The position numbers and the translations under genes are program-made. A stretch of DNA of 64,000 nucleotides from Dicyema japonicum (lineage: Eukaryota > Animalia > Dicyemida), in contig RDEW01000095.1 in assembly GCA_011109175.1 (NCBI GenBank), positions 1 through 64,000 of the forward strand, in the 5' to 3' direction. Every line of letters begins with the position of its first letter. Position 1 is the stretch's first letter. Of this stretch, positions 11,870 to 24,760 are shown in pieces. The notes under the pieces are model-generated. The model worked only from the letters and a program-made list of their open reading frames with translations. It had not been told where the DNA came from and ran no database searches.

Positions 11870-12100
11870 ATCCACTCACCTGGAGACGGAGGTCGGGAAA
11901 ATCCGAAAGTATTAATCACTTAACGATTACTACCATTTCACTCCTATTGTGAGAGAAGGACGTATTTCTCTCCAGTATCGGACGAAGGCTTGCTTCGAAG
12001 AGGTGCAAGCCAGTGAAGGAATCTGGTTGAGGCAGAGACTCGAAATGGCGGTGATCAGAGGAAACGCCTTCGCAATCCTGGCCTCTTAACTAAAAGACTT
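11870..12100 (+). mobile_element. CRE-clade 3' fragment
   Basis: Ends WLRQRLEMAVIRGNAFAILAS*. Confidence 0.7.
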
Positions 12101-12238
12101 TACTTATTTTCTTTTTTTCTAATAAATTTAAAAAAAAGTTAATAGAATTAATTCAATTTAAATAATTGAATTGATTGGTTTTATTAACTACTAAAAAAAC
12201 TTTTTAAATTCCCGCAATAACAAAAACAAATTTCCAAA

Positions 12239-12493
12239 TTAGTCATAGTAATACAACTTTGTTCTCACCACATCTGCATCTCTGCATTCTCTGTCTTTGT
12301 TGTAGTAATAAAAATATCCCTTCTTAGTTTTCAACTTTTTAACGAACCCATTATCCCAAGTATCAACTTGATCAATGCTGTTAAAGTATTTGTATTCATT
12401 CTCATCTTTGTATCCGGCCAATTGAAATCTATATGCGTTCTCAACTGCATCAGACCATCTTCTAGGTCTTGTCATTGACGTCGGTTGGCTCAT
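12239..12493 (-). CDS. MEIG1: MEIG1-like (meiosis/spermiogenesis associated 1), single coding exon, 84 aa
   Basis: WSDAVENAYRFQLAGYKDENEY..DTW..GFVKKL..FYYYNKDREC matches the MEIG1 family pattern; ATG at 12493. Confidence 0.9.
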   Translation of the reverse strand: MSQPTSMTRPRRWSDAVENAYRFQLAGYKDENEYKYFNSIDQVDTWDNGFVKKLKTKKGYFYYYNKDRECRDADVVRTKLYYYD

Positions 12494-12569
12494 TTGTTGA
12501 TATGACAATATTTTTATGTCGGTATTTATTTTAATAAAAATAAATTTAATTTATAAAAAGTTATTAACC

Positions 12570-12895
12570 GTAAATAAAAATCCGAAGACTGGTTTGGAAC
12601 GATCTGCTGGATGGCCATCGTTAATTGGTGGATGACTCGGAGACTACCCTCGGCAGAGAAACAAGAAAGACCTTAGAACAACTACGTTCTGGTCACTTCC
12701 TCCTTAGAGATGAGTCGGACTCTTGGCTTCCACCACCGAACCAATTATCATTGATTCTACAAGAAACTTTCTCCTACCCGGGACCTCCGGTGAACATCGA
12801 AGACCTGTGGAAGCGTCCAGCACTAGCTTCTGGACGCCTGAGGACGGGCGGCTTACTACAAGGTAGCGAGGTCGGAGGTAATAGCTAACTAATAA
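12570..12895 (+). mobile_element. I-group LINE 3' end
   Basis: RETRKTLEQLRSGH...EDLWKRPAL C-terminal motif; related text at 36760-36950 and 58260-58500. Confidence 0.6.
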
Positions 12896-13069
12896 ATAAC
12901 CTTTCTCCTCTTATGAGTGTTATCGACATGCCACTTCTCCTCATCATGCCTTCCCACGTTAAAACAATTGGGATGAGTTTGACAAGAGAACCGTACATAG
13001 CTGTAGCCCTCAAGTCAATAGGTCCAATTTATACGACTTCTCTACTTTAGTACGTATTAGCAATTATAT

Positions 13070-14260
13070 TGAATGTCTTCCAGATTGATCGTAGAGTTGA
13101 CAGAATGTCTTAAGCCTCTTTGACTTCTTTGTTATTTTTTTACTACCGGTCTCTTCAAGAGGGGGAAACCAATGGATAACAGGAAAGTAAATGTCAAAAG
13201 CGGGCTCTCCCGGAAATATGTCAAATATATATGATGTGGAAGGTAGACAAGACAAGGCAGACAAGATAAGAAATGACCCATCATTTGGTCGTCTAAAAAG
13301 AAAAAACGGCATAACTATGAAGCAAATCGTCCGATTGTTCGAGTCATCTACTCCTGGAGACATTTGACTACGTTTGTAACGAACATACCCAATCTCTATT
13401 ATTACGCAACCACCAAATAGTTTGTTTGAGGTTATTAATGGAAGATCGCCTCTTTAACTTTTTTGATGCCATGAGCTCTGCAAAAGTCAACTTTAAATTA
13501 AAATTAATTCCAAAGACCACTGTTAAACCGAAAAAAACTAAGTGATCCCGACGAATTGAATCATGGCTCTCATCTTTACTCTGTGTTGATCCCTTGATCC
13601 TATACAAGTTCGCTGCGGGCGAGCACTCCTTCTTGGCATTGGTATCCTTTTTTGTTTTTTTCAATTAGTGTCTCCAAGGGCATCGGTGATTTGATATTTT
13701 CCCCTGTATACCATCTCTCGGTTAGTTTGAAGCCTTTTTTCTGGGTTGCGGAGATTTTCTGGATGTTCGTATAAGAGACCAGTAGTCCCCATGAAGCACA
13801 CGTATATGAAATGCATGGTTTGATGTACTGTGAGTAGAGTGTTTTAAGTATAGGGTGATGTCCAATTTTCCATAGACCTGTTAGGCATTTCAGAAAATTG
13901 ATTTTCTTCTCACATTTGTTCAGCACGTTAGTGACATGTCTCAAAAAGTTCATATGCGAAAGTTAGACCCAATATTTTTTGCCTCCCTCCGCAGTAACTT
14001 CTATTGTCCTGTTCGACAATTTTTTGTCCGAAGTATAGAGAGTTGTAACAGATTTTTCGGTGTTGATTGACATCGTGTTTTTGTATTCTTCCCGGCGCTG
14101 TTTGGAACTTTAATATTATTTATGCGTTTAGTTTTTAAATTACCGTTTTTTAACAAAATTTTTATTTTTAAAAATATAGTTAAATCTTTGAAATTAGCGT
14201 TAATTAACCTGATTGATAAAACTGGAGACAAATTAATTTTAGTCGATTCTCCTATCCACC
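13070..14260 (-). mobile_element. I/Jockey-group LINE fragment (RT thumb to 3' region), decayed
   Basis: KINFLKCLTG..LKTLYSQYIKPCISYTCASWG thumb-domain pattern; frameshifts. Confidence 0.7.
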
Positions 14261-15329
14261 CTATACTTCGTTGTTAAGTCCAGGTTATTCGTTGTGATGA
14301 CATTGGGATCATTACTGTGGGATCATTACTGAGCCCTATAAGAGGTACTTAAGAGAGTTGGAAGTGGATAGAAAAATCCATGCTTACATACAAACAATAG
14401 TGCTTGAGAGAACCCTCTACGAGTCCTCTTGGAATTTACTGTACAAGAAACTAATAATAAGATTTGGCCAAAATTTTTGTTGGGAACTAAATCGAAAAAA
14501 ATAAGCTGTTAACCAGAATATTTTTTACAAAATGGTTCATCTTATATATTCGAATTATTGGAATTTTTATCAAGAAAAAATGTTTTCACTTATGGAACTG
14601 TACTCCAATAGAAGAATATGCACAGTACGACCGTTAATAATCATTAGCAGCATATGTAGATCATAAACTTATCATTCTAGTACATACAGTTTCAAAAAGA
14701 TGATCCTCGTCAAAGTTCTTACACTCTTGGTTTGAAGGGAATCGAAACCAGATAGATGCACGTGTATCCGTACATCTTTCCTAGGCTTCAAATCTCTCCA
14801 AGTCCGTCAATTTGTAAAGAAGGAAGACGTAACAATTTATCTGTCAAAACATTCCATGTAATAATGGTACTTCGCAACCCAGCGTAACCACTTATACCGG
14901 CCTACCTGAAAAAAAACTCCAAAATATCTATTTATGCTATCAAAGGCAAATTATTTAATTTTAAGAAATTAAATATTTTTTCAACTAACTTATCAATTTT
15001 TATATCATACAAGACACATTGTTTGAGCTAAATAATGCGTTAAAATGCTAAGAATTAGTCGATATTTCAATTCAAAATAAGTTGTTAATTATTATTAAAC
15101 TTGAAAACGCCTTAAAGAAAAGAGTTACTTCCAACTAACTAAGAGATAATAGTATCACTCTGTACGATCATTCTAAAGTATTCTTCAGTTCTACAGAGTT
15201 CTAATAGTAACGACGTTCCTCTATCATGAGAGATTGCAGTTTTAGGTTTTTAGCACACTTCGAGGTTCTCAATAAAATACTTGATAGAACCTATTTAAAT
15301 AAAAAATTGAACGTATCAAGTCCCCATAG

Positions 15330-15900
15330 TCTAGAAGCAGAGAGAACTTCCAATATACACAAAAGTTCCTCCAGAATCTGCAGAAAGGGAATAAAACATC
15401 CAGTTTTTCCAGTCGCTAGAATACCTCTGGGAGACAAAATTATCCTTTTCGTGCTACCCTCGGGACTGTGCTGCACTTGGACAAGTGGATCGCATGACGC
15501 CACTCAGCAAAATGAGGCAAGAGAAAGAAGCAAGTAAAGGAAGAGAAATCTTTAACCAAATAGCCAGTGGGGAAAATAATTTATTTATTAACCACTGATA
15601 CACTGAGAAAGAAGTTAATAGTTAAAAACTAATTAAATGTAACCAGTTCGTACGGTCGCAGAAGCAGATTCTTTCCTAATGAGTCGATTCAGAACTAACG
15701 GAAAGGAAGAAAAACTCCAGTCTTTGAAGTTGCAGGAACTTTTATAATGGGATGGAAGGAAAAAATCATACTTTTTCGTGGCACCCTGGTTTTACGTGTC
15801 TCCTAGGACAGATAAATCACATCTTAGCAAATCAAAGGAAGAAGAACAGAAGAAAGTAAGAGAAATCGTCAATAAAGTGGTAAACGTGGTAACAAACTAA
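15330..15900 (-). mobile_element. Two adjacent diverged SINE family B copies
   Basis: Reverse complements contain GATCCACTTGTCCAAGTGC and GATTTATCTGTCCTAGGAGAC versions of the core; CAAATAGCCAGTGGGG head remnant at 15558-15575. Confidence 0.55.
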
Positions 15901-16269
15901 AATTTATTATTATTACCTCCAGGTTCACTGGGTCAAAAAGAAATAAATAAAAAGTTCTCAACTAACTAAATGATCCCAGACCGACATGTGAGAGGAAGAG
16001 TCCAGTGGGGTCGAGAATCCTGAACAGCTTATCTCATTGGACATGGCATCGGCTCAAAATTTCTGTATGGATATTTCTATAGTGTATGGAATAGAGGGCA
16101 GCTCGGTAAACTAGCCTCCTTTAAGAGTTTCCTTTGTAATTCGATTAAGATTGAGGGAAACAATGAGTTTGGTTGCCTCACAGTAATTTAAATTAATTGA
16201 TGAATATTTAATACGGATTAATCTCAATTAATATTAAATTTAATAACGGGTTATTTAAATATTAATACA

Positions 16270-17555
16270 ATGACAATGACTAGTGATCGTGAGAGTGCAA
16301 TATATGAATATAGAAAGGCATTGCTTAAGCACCATAATTTGGACAAAAATGTTAAAATGTATATTTTTCTGATATGTTAGTAAGGAAAGAGTACAACTTG
16401 CTGAAAGAAGAGTTTGACAAATATGAGAATGGCGTTAAAGCTTTACAGAGTGTTGGACAGATTGTAGGAGAGGTTTTGCGAAGAATCGGAGAAACTTGTA
16501 AGTAACTAACGTTATATCAGTCGTTGTTAAGGCAGCAAACGGTCCTCGATACGTGGTTGGATGTCGAGCACAAATTGACAAATCAAAAGTGGTTGACGGA
16601 ACTCGAGTCGCTCTGGATGTGTCTACACTTGTAATTATGCGCATTCTTAGAAGAGAAGTAGACCCAGTAGTCTACAATATGTGCGTGGAAAAGACTGGGA
16701 ATCTGTCATACAACGATATTGGTGGACTTTCAGAGCAGATCAGAGAGTTGAGGGAAGTGATTGAACTGCCTATAATAAACCCTGGAATTTTCTTGAGAGT
16801 GGGAATGAAACCGCCAAAAGGTGTACTGCTGTATGGTCCACCAGGGACCGGAAAGACTCTCCTAGCACGTGCAGTAGCTAAACAGATTAACTGTACATTC
16901 CTGAAGGTGGTGGCGAGTGCTATAGTCGACAAATATATCGGAGAGAGTTCTCGACTGATTCGAGACATGTTCAGCTATGCAAGAGCTAACAGTCCGTGTG
17001 TGATATTCATCGATGAGATTGACGCCATTGGGGGAAGGCGATTTTCTGAGGGGACTTCTGCAGACAGAGAAATACAAAGAACGCTAATGGAGGTAATGCA
17101 TAGTAATAATGGAAGCTTCTTAATCAAATTGACGGATTTTCTCCTCTCTCACAAGTGATGGTCATTATGGCCACAAATAGACCTGACACCCTGGATCCTG
17201 CACTCCTCAGACCAGGTAGACTCGACAAGAAAATAAGTTTATATGCCTCTTTTACCTCAGAAATCAGCCTTCCTAACCACCAGGCTAGACTTCACATTTT
17301 GCAAATTCATACAAGGAAGATGCCAGTTCAAGGAGAAATTGATTGGGACAGAGTTGCTAAACTGTCTGAGGACTTTAATGGAGCAGATCTTCGTAATGTC
17401 TGCACTGAGGCTGGTTGACTGATAGAAATATTTTAGGCATGTTTGCCATAAAGGAGGAAAGATCCTATGTGATAATGGATGACTTTGTGAAGGCCACCAG
17501 GAAAATTGCTACTAATAAAAAGTTGGAAACTAAACTTGACTATAAACCACTCTAA
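16270..17555 (+). CDS. PSMC6: 26S proteasome AAA-ATPase subunit Rpt4; 6 exons, introns 22-26 nt
   Basis: [49 protein letters not shown]-terminal [10 protein letters not shown]. Confidence 0.96.
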
Positions 17556-17789
17556 TCTTTTTGTTCTACATTTTGGTGCTATTTTTTATTTTCTTGTTTT
17601 TTGACTTTTTTCTGATATGCAAGATTTTTATGAAGATAATTCCCCTCGGTCTTTTTTTCTCTCATGGAAAATGCCTGATCTGAGATGTAGCATGGACAGT
17701 CGCCTTTGCAGTTTGAAGTTATCGGATTCGGGTTGATAGCTGTGGAGGGCTATTAGGATTATAAAACTTTAAGAAAAGAAAATGTGACA

Positions 17790-17980
17790 GCTTCTCTAGC
17801 AGATTCCGCATGCCACTCGTTGTCGTAGAAACGACTGAAGTCGTTGGATACAATTTTTGAGATCGCTAGAGTCGAAAATTTCTTAAGTGACTAGATTTTC
17901 GAGGGATGGAATGGCTGTTCCAAAGGCTTTCTCTGGAAGTAGTCAGGGGAAAAAGTTAAGTTTTAATTGGTCGGAAGGTT
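17790..17980 (+). mobile_element. CRE-clade 3' fragment
   Basis: RFRMPLVVVETTEVVG..WLFQRLSL..VRGK. Confidence 0.5.
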
Positions 17981-18662
17981 AAGGTGTTGACTTACATCTA
18001 ATACACGAGATGTCTACTCAGATATATTATAGATGAAATTTTTTGTATTTACTTTTTTGAGTATGAACGATGTGACGGATTCAAGAGACATCGTAGCAAG
18101 TAGTTTTAAACAAATAAGTTGATAATGCACGTAGAATCGGGATTCGAATTTTGTTAACCTAAATTTATTTTTTTAAGAAACTACAATTTTTTAATTTTAT
18201 TTTCTTAAATTTTTTTTAGAATCAGTACCTTATTGAATAATATCATTACTGAACAGTCAATTATTTGTTAATTGCTCGGAAATGTAACCTGTTTGGAAGC
18301 AAAAAAATATTATTTACCTCCAGTCACAAGTAAAGGAAATCCATCTGAAAGTGTTGTGCGCTCCAAAAAGTCTTTAGACTCATTATGTCTAATTTGCACT
18401 TGAAATTAAAGACAAAATAATTTAGAGTTGACTAAACGATTTGAGTAGGATTTCAATGATTTGAACGTAGTTGAATAATTAATATTGAATTAAATTCCAC
18501 TCTGTGTCGTCATTTTAAGAAATATTTTCATTAAGTAACTACAGTCTTGCGAATTTCAGCTTTAATATTTTTTTAAATTAAAAGTATTTGATATTCTTTT
18601 AATTAAAAATTTTAAGTATTAATTTTGTATTTAAAAATAATAATCGTGTATTGGTGCTGGTG

Positions 18663-19350
18663 ATGAACATATATCGAATGATCGGGGATATGTCCCATTT
18701 ATTTGCGATTCTGACTTTGCTCAGGAAAATGTACACAACAAAGTCGTGCTGTGGTAACGGGTTGTGCTTTATTTACAGGTGTATCAAGGAAATCTCAGAT
18801 TTTGTTTTTTTTGGTGTTCATAACCAGGTACCTCAATCTTTTTACAGTGTTTGTGTCAATATACAACACAGTAATGAAGATAACTTACATAATATCAACT
18901 GGGATTACCCTCTTCTTCATGTTCAACAAGTTCAGTACAACCTTCGATCAGAAAAACGACACATTTCCCCTTACCTGGCTAATTGCCACCAGTGCCTTGC
19001 TGTCTATTATTTTCAACCACGAATTTTCTCTTTTTGGAGTGTTTTGGGCTTTCTCAATTTATCTCGAGTCTGTGGCAATGATGCCTCAGTTGTTTATGAT
19101 AACAAAGTCTGGGGAGGCTGAGACCATAACCAGCCACTACATCTTCTTTATGGGAATCTACAGGCTGTTCTACATTTTCAATTGGATCTACAGATATAAT
19201 GCTGAAGCATTTTTTGACAGGATTAGCCTGCTTGCTGGTATTCTGCAAACTGTCCTTTATCTCGACTTCTTCTGGCTGTATATCTCCAAAGGTTTTTATT
19301 TGCCTATATTTTTAGTCGTCAGAAATAGATCGTTATTTATTCCAATATAA
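18663..19350 (+). CDS. KDELR: ER lumen protein-retaining (KDEL) receptor, 3 exons (25- and 24-nt introns)
   Basis: MNIYRMIGDMSHL..SC.GVSRKSQILF..RYL..SIYLESVAMMPQL..GIYRLFYIFNWIYRY..QTVLYLDFFWLY. Confidence 0.95.
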
Positions 19351-19399
19351 CTTACTGGGCTTACTTTTAGATGATTTCAAAAATATTATAAATTTGAGT

Positions 19400-19720
19400 T
19401 TTTTATTTTTTAAGGAATAAGGCTTTATTAACCTTCCGAAAACTAGTAAGCAGCTCTCGAGCATTCGTTTGTACGATTTGTACGGAGATGCAATAAATCA
19501 GCCATATCAGCGATCCGATAGTACCCCAAAAGAAAAGCGATTCTCCGAGGTTGAAAAAACGAGTTTTTTTGTCAAACGAGGAAGCCTCTGATCTGAGACG
19601 TGCAAGACACCTATGCTGAAACAACATCCATAAGTGTGCGTCCACCTTTGCTGCAAACGAATCCATGTGCCAATGTCTAGCTTCTACTACGGTTTTTCTT
19701 GGAATCCTGGATTAATTCTT
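19400..19720 (-). mobile_element. CRE-clade 3' fragment
   Basis: Minus-strand translation resembles the RLE C-terminus of 5090-5820 (FDKKTRF..LFFWGTIGSL). Confidence 0.45.
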
Positions 19721-20059
19721 ATAAAGGGAAGGAAAATAACACACGACTCATCTACGTGGTGACATTGGTTACAAACTGTTGCAAAAAAGTCTTTCAAAAG
19801 AATCGAGATATGGCTAATTTATGAAAATTACTCTTAATTTAAAAAAATCAACTTTACAATAGTAACTTCGCAAATTGTCTTAGAAACCTGAAAACCGAAA
19901 AAGTTGAAATCCACGTATGACCTAGACTTATTGAGATCGCTAGTTAATCATTGAGGACCAAAGAGAGTGTTTGGCTATAAGTATTATGGCTTTCGTGAAA
20001 GTGCTTATAGTAATAATATTTACACTTCCCCCGCAGATTCAATCTTCTACATTCAATGG

Positions 20060-20640
20060 GATATCCTGAAGATAATCATATACTTATGTTCTGGTATAAT
20101 TCCCCTCAGAGTTTTCTAAATTTTGATAAAACTAGCTGGATCCACCACTTCGCTACGGAGAAATCGAAATACGCTGACCACTAGAACTCGCCTTCCCGCC
20201 TTTCTATCTTCGATATATGCTTTCAGTGATCCTACTACATTAACGGATCGTACGCTAAACCAGGGGAAGTCTGGACGCGACTAAATGTAGGATTCCTGAA
20301 GAACCCTAATAAAAAAGGACTGAGAAGCTTTTATGCTGAAAGATCATAGATGAGATAAAACTTGAACTTATTAGTTGTTGGCTTGTCTGGCTTCCATATC
20401 GAGGAAAAAAAGTGATGTATGGTTCAGAGCCTTTCCATGCACCTCACTTGAGACAATATTGGAAGACTGCCACGATAATTGGGGTTTGCGTCCGCCTCAG
20501 AGTAGATGTTTGCGTGACCCACGTGGAAGAATAATCGACGCTAAAGGTCTTCACACTTTCTCCTGCCAGAGGAGTGTTGGAAGGAATTCAAGACACAGTT
20601 AAATCAACGGAGTTATTGTATGGGGACTCATTGCTGCCGA
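20060..20640 (+). mobile_element. CRE-clade fragment
   Basis: SDVWFRAFPCTSLETILED..CLRDPRGRIIDAKGLHTFSCQRSVGRNSRHS matches the CRE CCHC region. Confidence 0.65.
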
Positions 20641-21849
20641 ATTAAATCAAAATCTTCGTATATCTTATGTTTTTTAGATTTTCATTGAAAGAACGGTTTA
20701 GATTTGTAGAAGGCGATAAAGAAATTTATGTTGGAGAGCCACTTCAGATCTTGACCATAATTATATCAATCGACAGAGAATGTAACAGTAATAAATATTA
20801 AATATAATGAGCATTGGCTATTATAAAATTCACAGTTCACTCAAATTCAAGATACTTTTAGTTGCGTGGATGGAAAATGAGTTCGAGATCTCTTTGCTTC
20901 CCATGACCCACCAAGATTTGATATGAAAGTTGAGGATCTGACCTATCATGGCGGCGTGTTAGAAGTGGTCGTCAGCTTCCTATATGTTAGCGAAACTGGG
21001 TTAACGATTTAAGAAATTTTAACTATAAATTTTTTTATTAGTCCACAGAAAATTGTAGAATTAGAAAATCAAAAATTATAAGTCAATGTTGTAGACGAAA
21101 TTCCTAATCATTTCCTAGGCGGCCTCAGGTTGATTTCCTGAGACCAAATGCTCTGCATTTTTAACGACAATTTGCTTGAAGTTTCCAGACGCGAACGTAT
21201 CCATTAACTCTTTTAGGGGACGTTTGAGAATACCACATTTGCTGAAGAGCTACGTTAAATACATTTTTCCTTTTTATTTTAAATTTTTTGAAAATTCTAA
21301 TGTCAATGACGGTTCTACAAGAGAATCAAACAGACCGTTGTAAAACAGAGTCTTTGATATCACACAACTACCAACTTTATACCCAGCATCGAGATACAGG
21401 AGCCATTGACTTCATTACACACATAATTCACTTCATTTGATGTTTTATCGAATTTTATGTTTCCAGCATATAATTTCTTAGAATTTTGTCAAAGAAACTC
21501 AGAATAATAAAATGGTGGTTGCTAATATTGACAAATCAATTCAGACCCCATCACATGGAATGTTGCAAGGGTCTGAAAGTCGAGTCATATTGGCAAATAA
21601 AGTTGAATACTAATTCTGTTGGATCTTTGAGGAATCCCCGAACGAGAGCCAGAACCCGGAAAACCGGGATCACTTAGTTAGTAATTAACTTTTTTCTAAT
21701 CCTGTGATCTTGGGGTAAATAAAAAAAAAGTCGAGTACGGATAACTGTCTCCTCAACATACTATTTTCTAGTAATTGAAATTACCAAAGTGTTGTTTACA
21801 TAATCGCCCTAAGAACTCGCGAATTAATTTTTTGTATTTATCAATTTTT

Positions 21850-22690
21850 TTCAATTTGGTTATCAAATATATGTCCACTGTAGAATAAATTGGTTCCATA
21901 ATCTACCATCTACCATAAATAGGATATCCCACATTATAGGGATCAATCCACGCGTAGTCAATAGCCATTCCTTGTTGATTCATTGGATCTGAACTATTCT
22001 GATTCCACTGATCAATTGCATTGACCATATTTTCCCGCATAGACTCTCCAGTAATGTAAAAAGGATTTGACTTTAATTCAGGAAATAGTGATAAATTGGC
22101 TGTTACAAAGGATTTCAGTTGTCAGGGGAAACAGCCATTAAATCCTCTCAGCTGGCTTATTTGATTGTCTTGTTACGTAATAAATTGTTTTAGTTGATAA
22201 AATTGTTGCATATATGATTATTTTACTTATGATAGGAAACGACCAATCATATTTTCATCTGATAGAGAACATTCTTTAGCAAAAAAACTAAATTTTGCTC
22301 CGACCTTCAGTAAATGTTATTATATTTGGATTATCAATGAAAATAACATTGTATTCTCTTGTCCACGTGAATTCTCTCTTTGAAACTAAGAGATTATATT
22401 TGCACTAGATAACCTCCATTAACGTAATGTGGACCAAATTCATAAAAAGTCCAAATATTGAGGAAGCTCCAGGCCCACCTTGAAGCTACACTAAAACCGC
22501 TGCTGAGGCATTTCTATTCTTTAGTAATTATTATCGAAATAGTTACTTCTGCTTTACCAAAAAAACATATTTCTAACACAGTCATCACTTACTTTGAAGT
22601 ATCCAGAATAGCTCTCAACATTTCCGACAAACAACGCTCAAATGTTTTGCGAGATCAACATTTATTCTGTTCAAATAAACGTGAGTATTA
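21850..22690 (-). pseudogene. Serine carboxypeptidase (S10 family, CPVL-like) pseudogene
   Basis: NVESYSGYF..NMFFW, V*LQGGPGASSIFGLF, WTREYNVIFIDNP|VG, FPELKSNPFYITGES/YAGKY, GMAIDYAWIDP; premature TAG at 22486-22488, lost GT donor, frameshifts and an insertion. Confidence 0.85.
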
Positions 22691-22829
22691 AAAGATTTTT
22701 ATATTGGGTACACTATTTTTAGTAGAATTTCTTAGAAGGATAGAAAAAGAAAAAAATGTTCCCATTAGAGTTTTTAAAATTTTATTAAAAACTCTACGTT
22801 ATTCACATGGCTGTTGATATTTTTAAATG

Positions 22830-23740
22830 GAAGAAGAGGACAAGTGATGTCGGACAACAGAAAATCTAAATCCCGTTTATTGGTGAATGGTGTCCCTCAA
22901 GGTTAACCTCTCTCCCCTGCTCTTCAACTTGTACATCAATGACCTTCCCACCAATGATTATCCCGATACATTGATACTCTCATACGCAGATGACATTGTT
23001 ATTGCGACGAGAGACTCTAACTATGAGAAGGCAGGGATGAAACTTCAAAGTTATATTGTATGTTGGAACATTGGCTCATATCAAATCGACTGGATGTTTT
23101 TACAGGAAAGTCATTTATAACAAATTTCTCTACATATAGAAGATCATTATACTCTCCCGAAATCAAATTATTTGGATATGAATAGATCTCCAACAATACT
23201 AGGATTAAAGTTGGCTACTCTCCTGACATTCGGCGAACAATTCAATGACGTTATTACCAAGGTCAGGAGGAGGACCAACATATTGAAAATTTTGTCCCGA
23301 TCACCAATCGGGCACAACACCTTCTTACTACAGAAATTTACAGACAATACATACTGCCAGTAATCGAATACACATGCCCTTCCTGGAACTCGATGATTTC
23401 TGAATCGTCGTCTCAAAAATTAAAAGCCGCACAACTTGCTGCCTTGAAAATAATAATAAGAAAACCGTGAATAACGTATTGAATGTTAAAGGACATCTAA
23501 GGTGGAAAGTGAAGTCATTTCTACAGCGGGCAATGAAAACCGGCTGTCAGCTTTCACTCTCTATATCTGACTATCTAGAAAATGCGGGGAATCTATGGAG
23601 AATGAGACCGTCCCCGTTTTTACCAATTCTGTTAAATCTTTGAAGACCCCGAACGAGAGCTAAAACCCTGAAAATTGGGATCACTTAATTATTAGTTAAC
23701 TTTTAACTTTTTCTAATCCGGTGATCTTGGGGTAAAAAAA
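22830..23740 (+). mobile_element. I/Jockey-group LINE 3' half
   Basis: GVPQG..LSPLLFNLYINDLP..SYADDIV; tail GGGATCACTTAATT..GATCTTGGGGT(A)n, also seen at 21655-21730. Confidence 0.85.
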
Positions 23741-24039
23741 ATTTTTTATTATAAAAATTTTTATTTTGGGCTACCAGTTAAAATTAAATTTTTTATACTT
23801 TTTTAAATAATTTTTAGAAATTAAAATTAATTTATTAAGGCCCTTTGGCGTTCGAGGTGAGGGTAGAAAACCAGGAGGAATGATTCAAATGCATAATTGA
23901 TAGCTGTAAAAAAATAATAGCCGCGTGGCGCTATGTGGTGCTTCGTGGCTTTAAAATTAAAAATTTCGTCTTTCCTCTGAAAAGAAGCCGGTTTATTTTA
24001 TTTATTTTAAAAGAAGCCGGTTTAGAATGATAAGGTTGA

Positions 24040-24230
24040 CTTATCAGCCCGGATGTGATACTAAATAATAATTCAAATGCGTATTCGACATGAGTTCAAG
24101 AGAGGGACGTCCATGATTTCCCGAGACCAAATGCATCGAACAGGATAGGGTAGGAGAGAGTAGTATCAACGATCAGACGGACGCGGCACGAATAGATTTA
24201 TAGTTAATGTTGTTGCTTATAATAATAACA
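24040..24230 (+). mobile_element. Short element carrying an RTE LINE 3' tail
   Basis: CAGACG..GCGGCACGAATAGA..TTATAGTT..TTGCTTATAATAATAA matches the RTE 3' end at 62000-62065. Confidence 0.6.
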
Positions 24231-24279
24231 GTTTGTCCTGAAATGATGGAATAATTTCCATAAAAAGGCATCTTCTCGA

Positions 24280-24760
24280 ATTTCGAGTAAGATGCAGATA
24301 TGATCTGATTTCAGCCAAAGGGGACGTTCCGGAGAGATGGCGTTTTTAAAGAACTCTCGAGGAATTTCGTCGAGTGATGCATAACAGCAAGGTAGGTGTT
24401 TGTTTCGAACGTCGCAATAAGACTCTGAGAAATTGGTTCTCCATCACCTCCAATTTACTATGTGCTGATGGTAATAGTAGGGGATTCATGATGTACAAGC
24501 AAATTCTAAGCACGTTAAAACGAATTATTTGTATATAAGTTCCAACGAAGGGATACAAGAAACTTGAGAATGCGAAAAAAAACCTTCAATTTTCTCATCT
24601 TCTGTCTGACCCTCGAAGCTACCAGGCCCACTAGATGTGTGAATGAAACAATTGGATCAAAAATAACTATGAGGATGGATAAAGACTTCTTGGTAGGGAT
24701 TGAGGATTTCCCCAAATTGAATTCCTGCATTATTTTCGTCTCTCTCCGTAACGAGCTATA
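24280..24760 (-). mobile_element. LINE RT thumb fragment
   Basis: KLEVMENQFLRVLLR..TP pattern; frameshifted. Confidence 0.45.

Noticed and set aside
14330-15000. Possible decayed gene or transposon
   Set aside because: No recognisable motif in any frame and no homologous copy in the window
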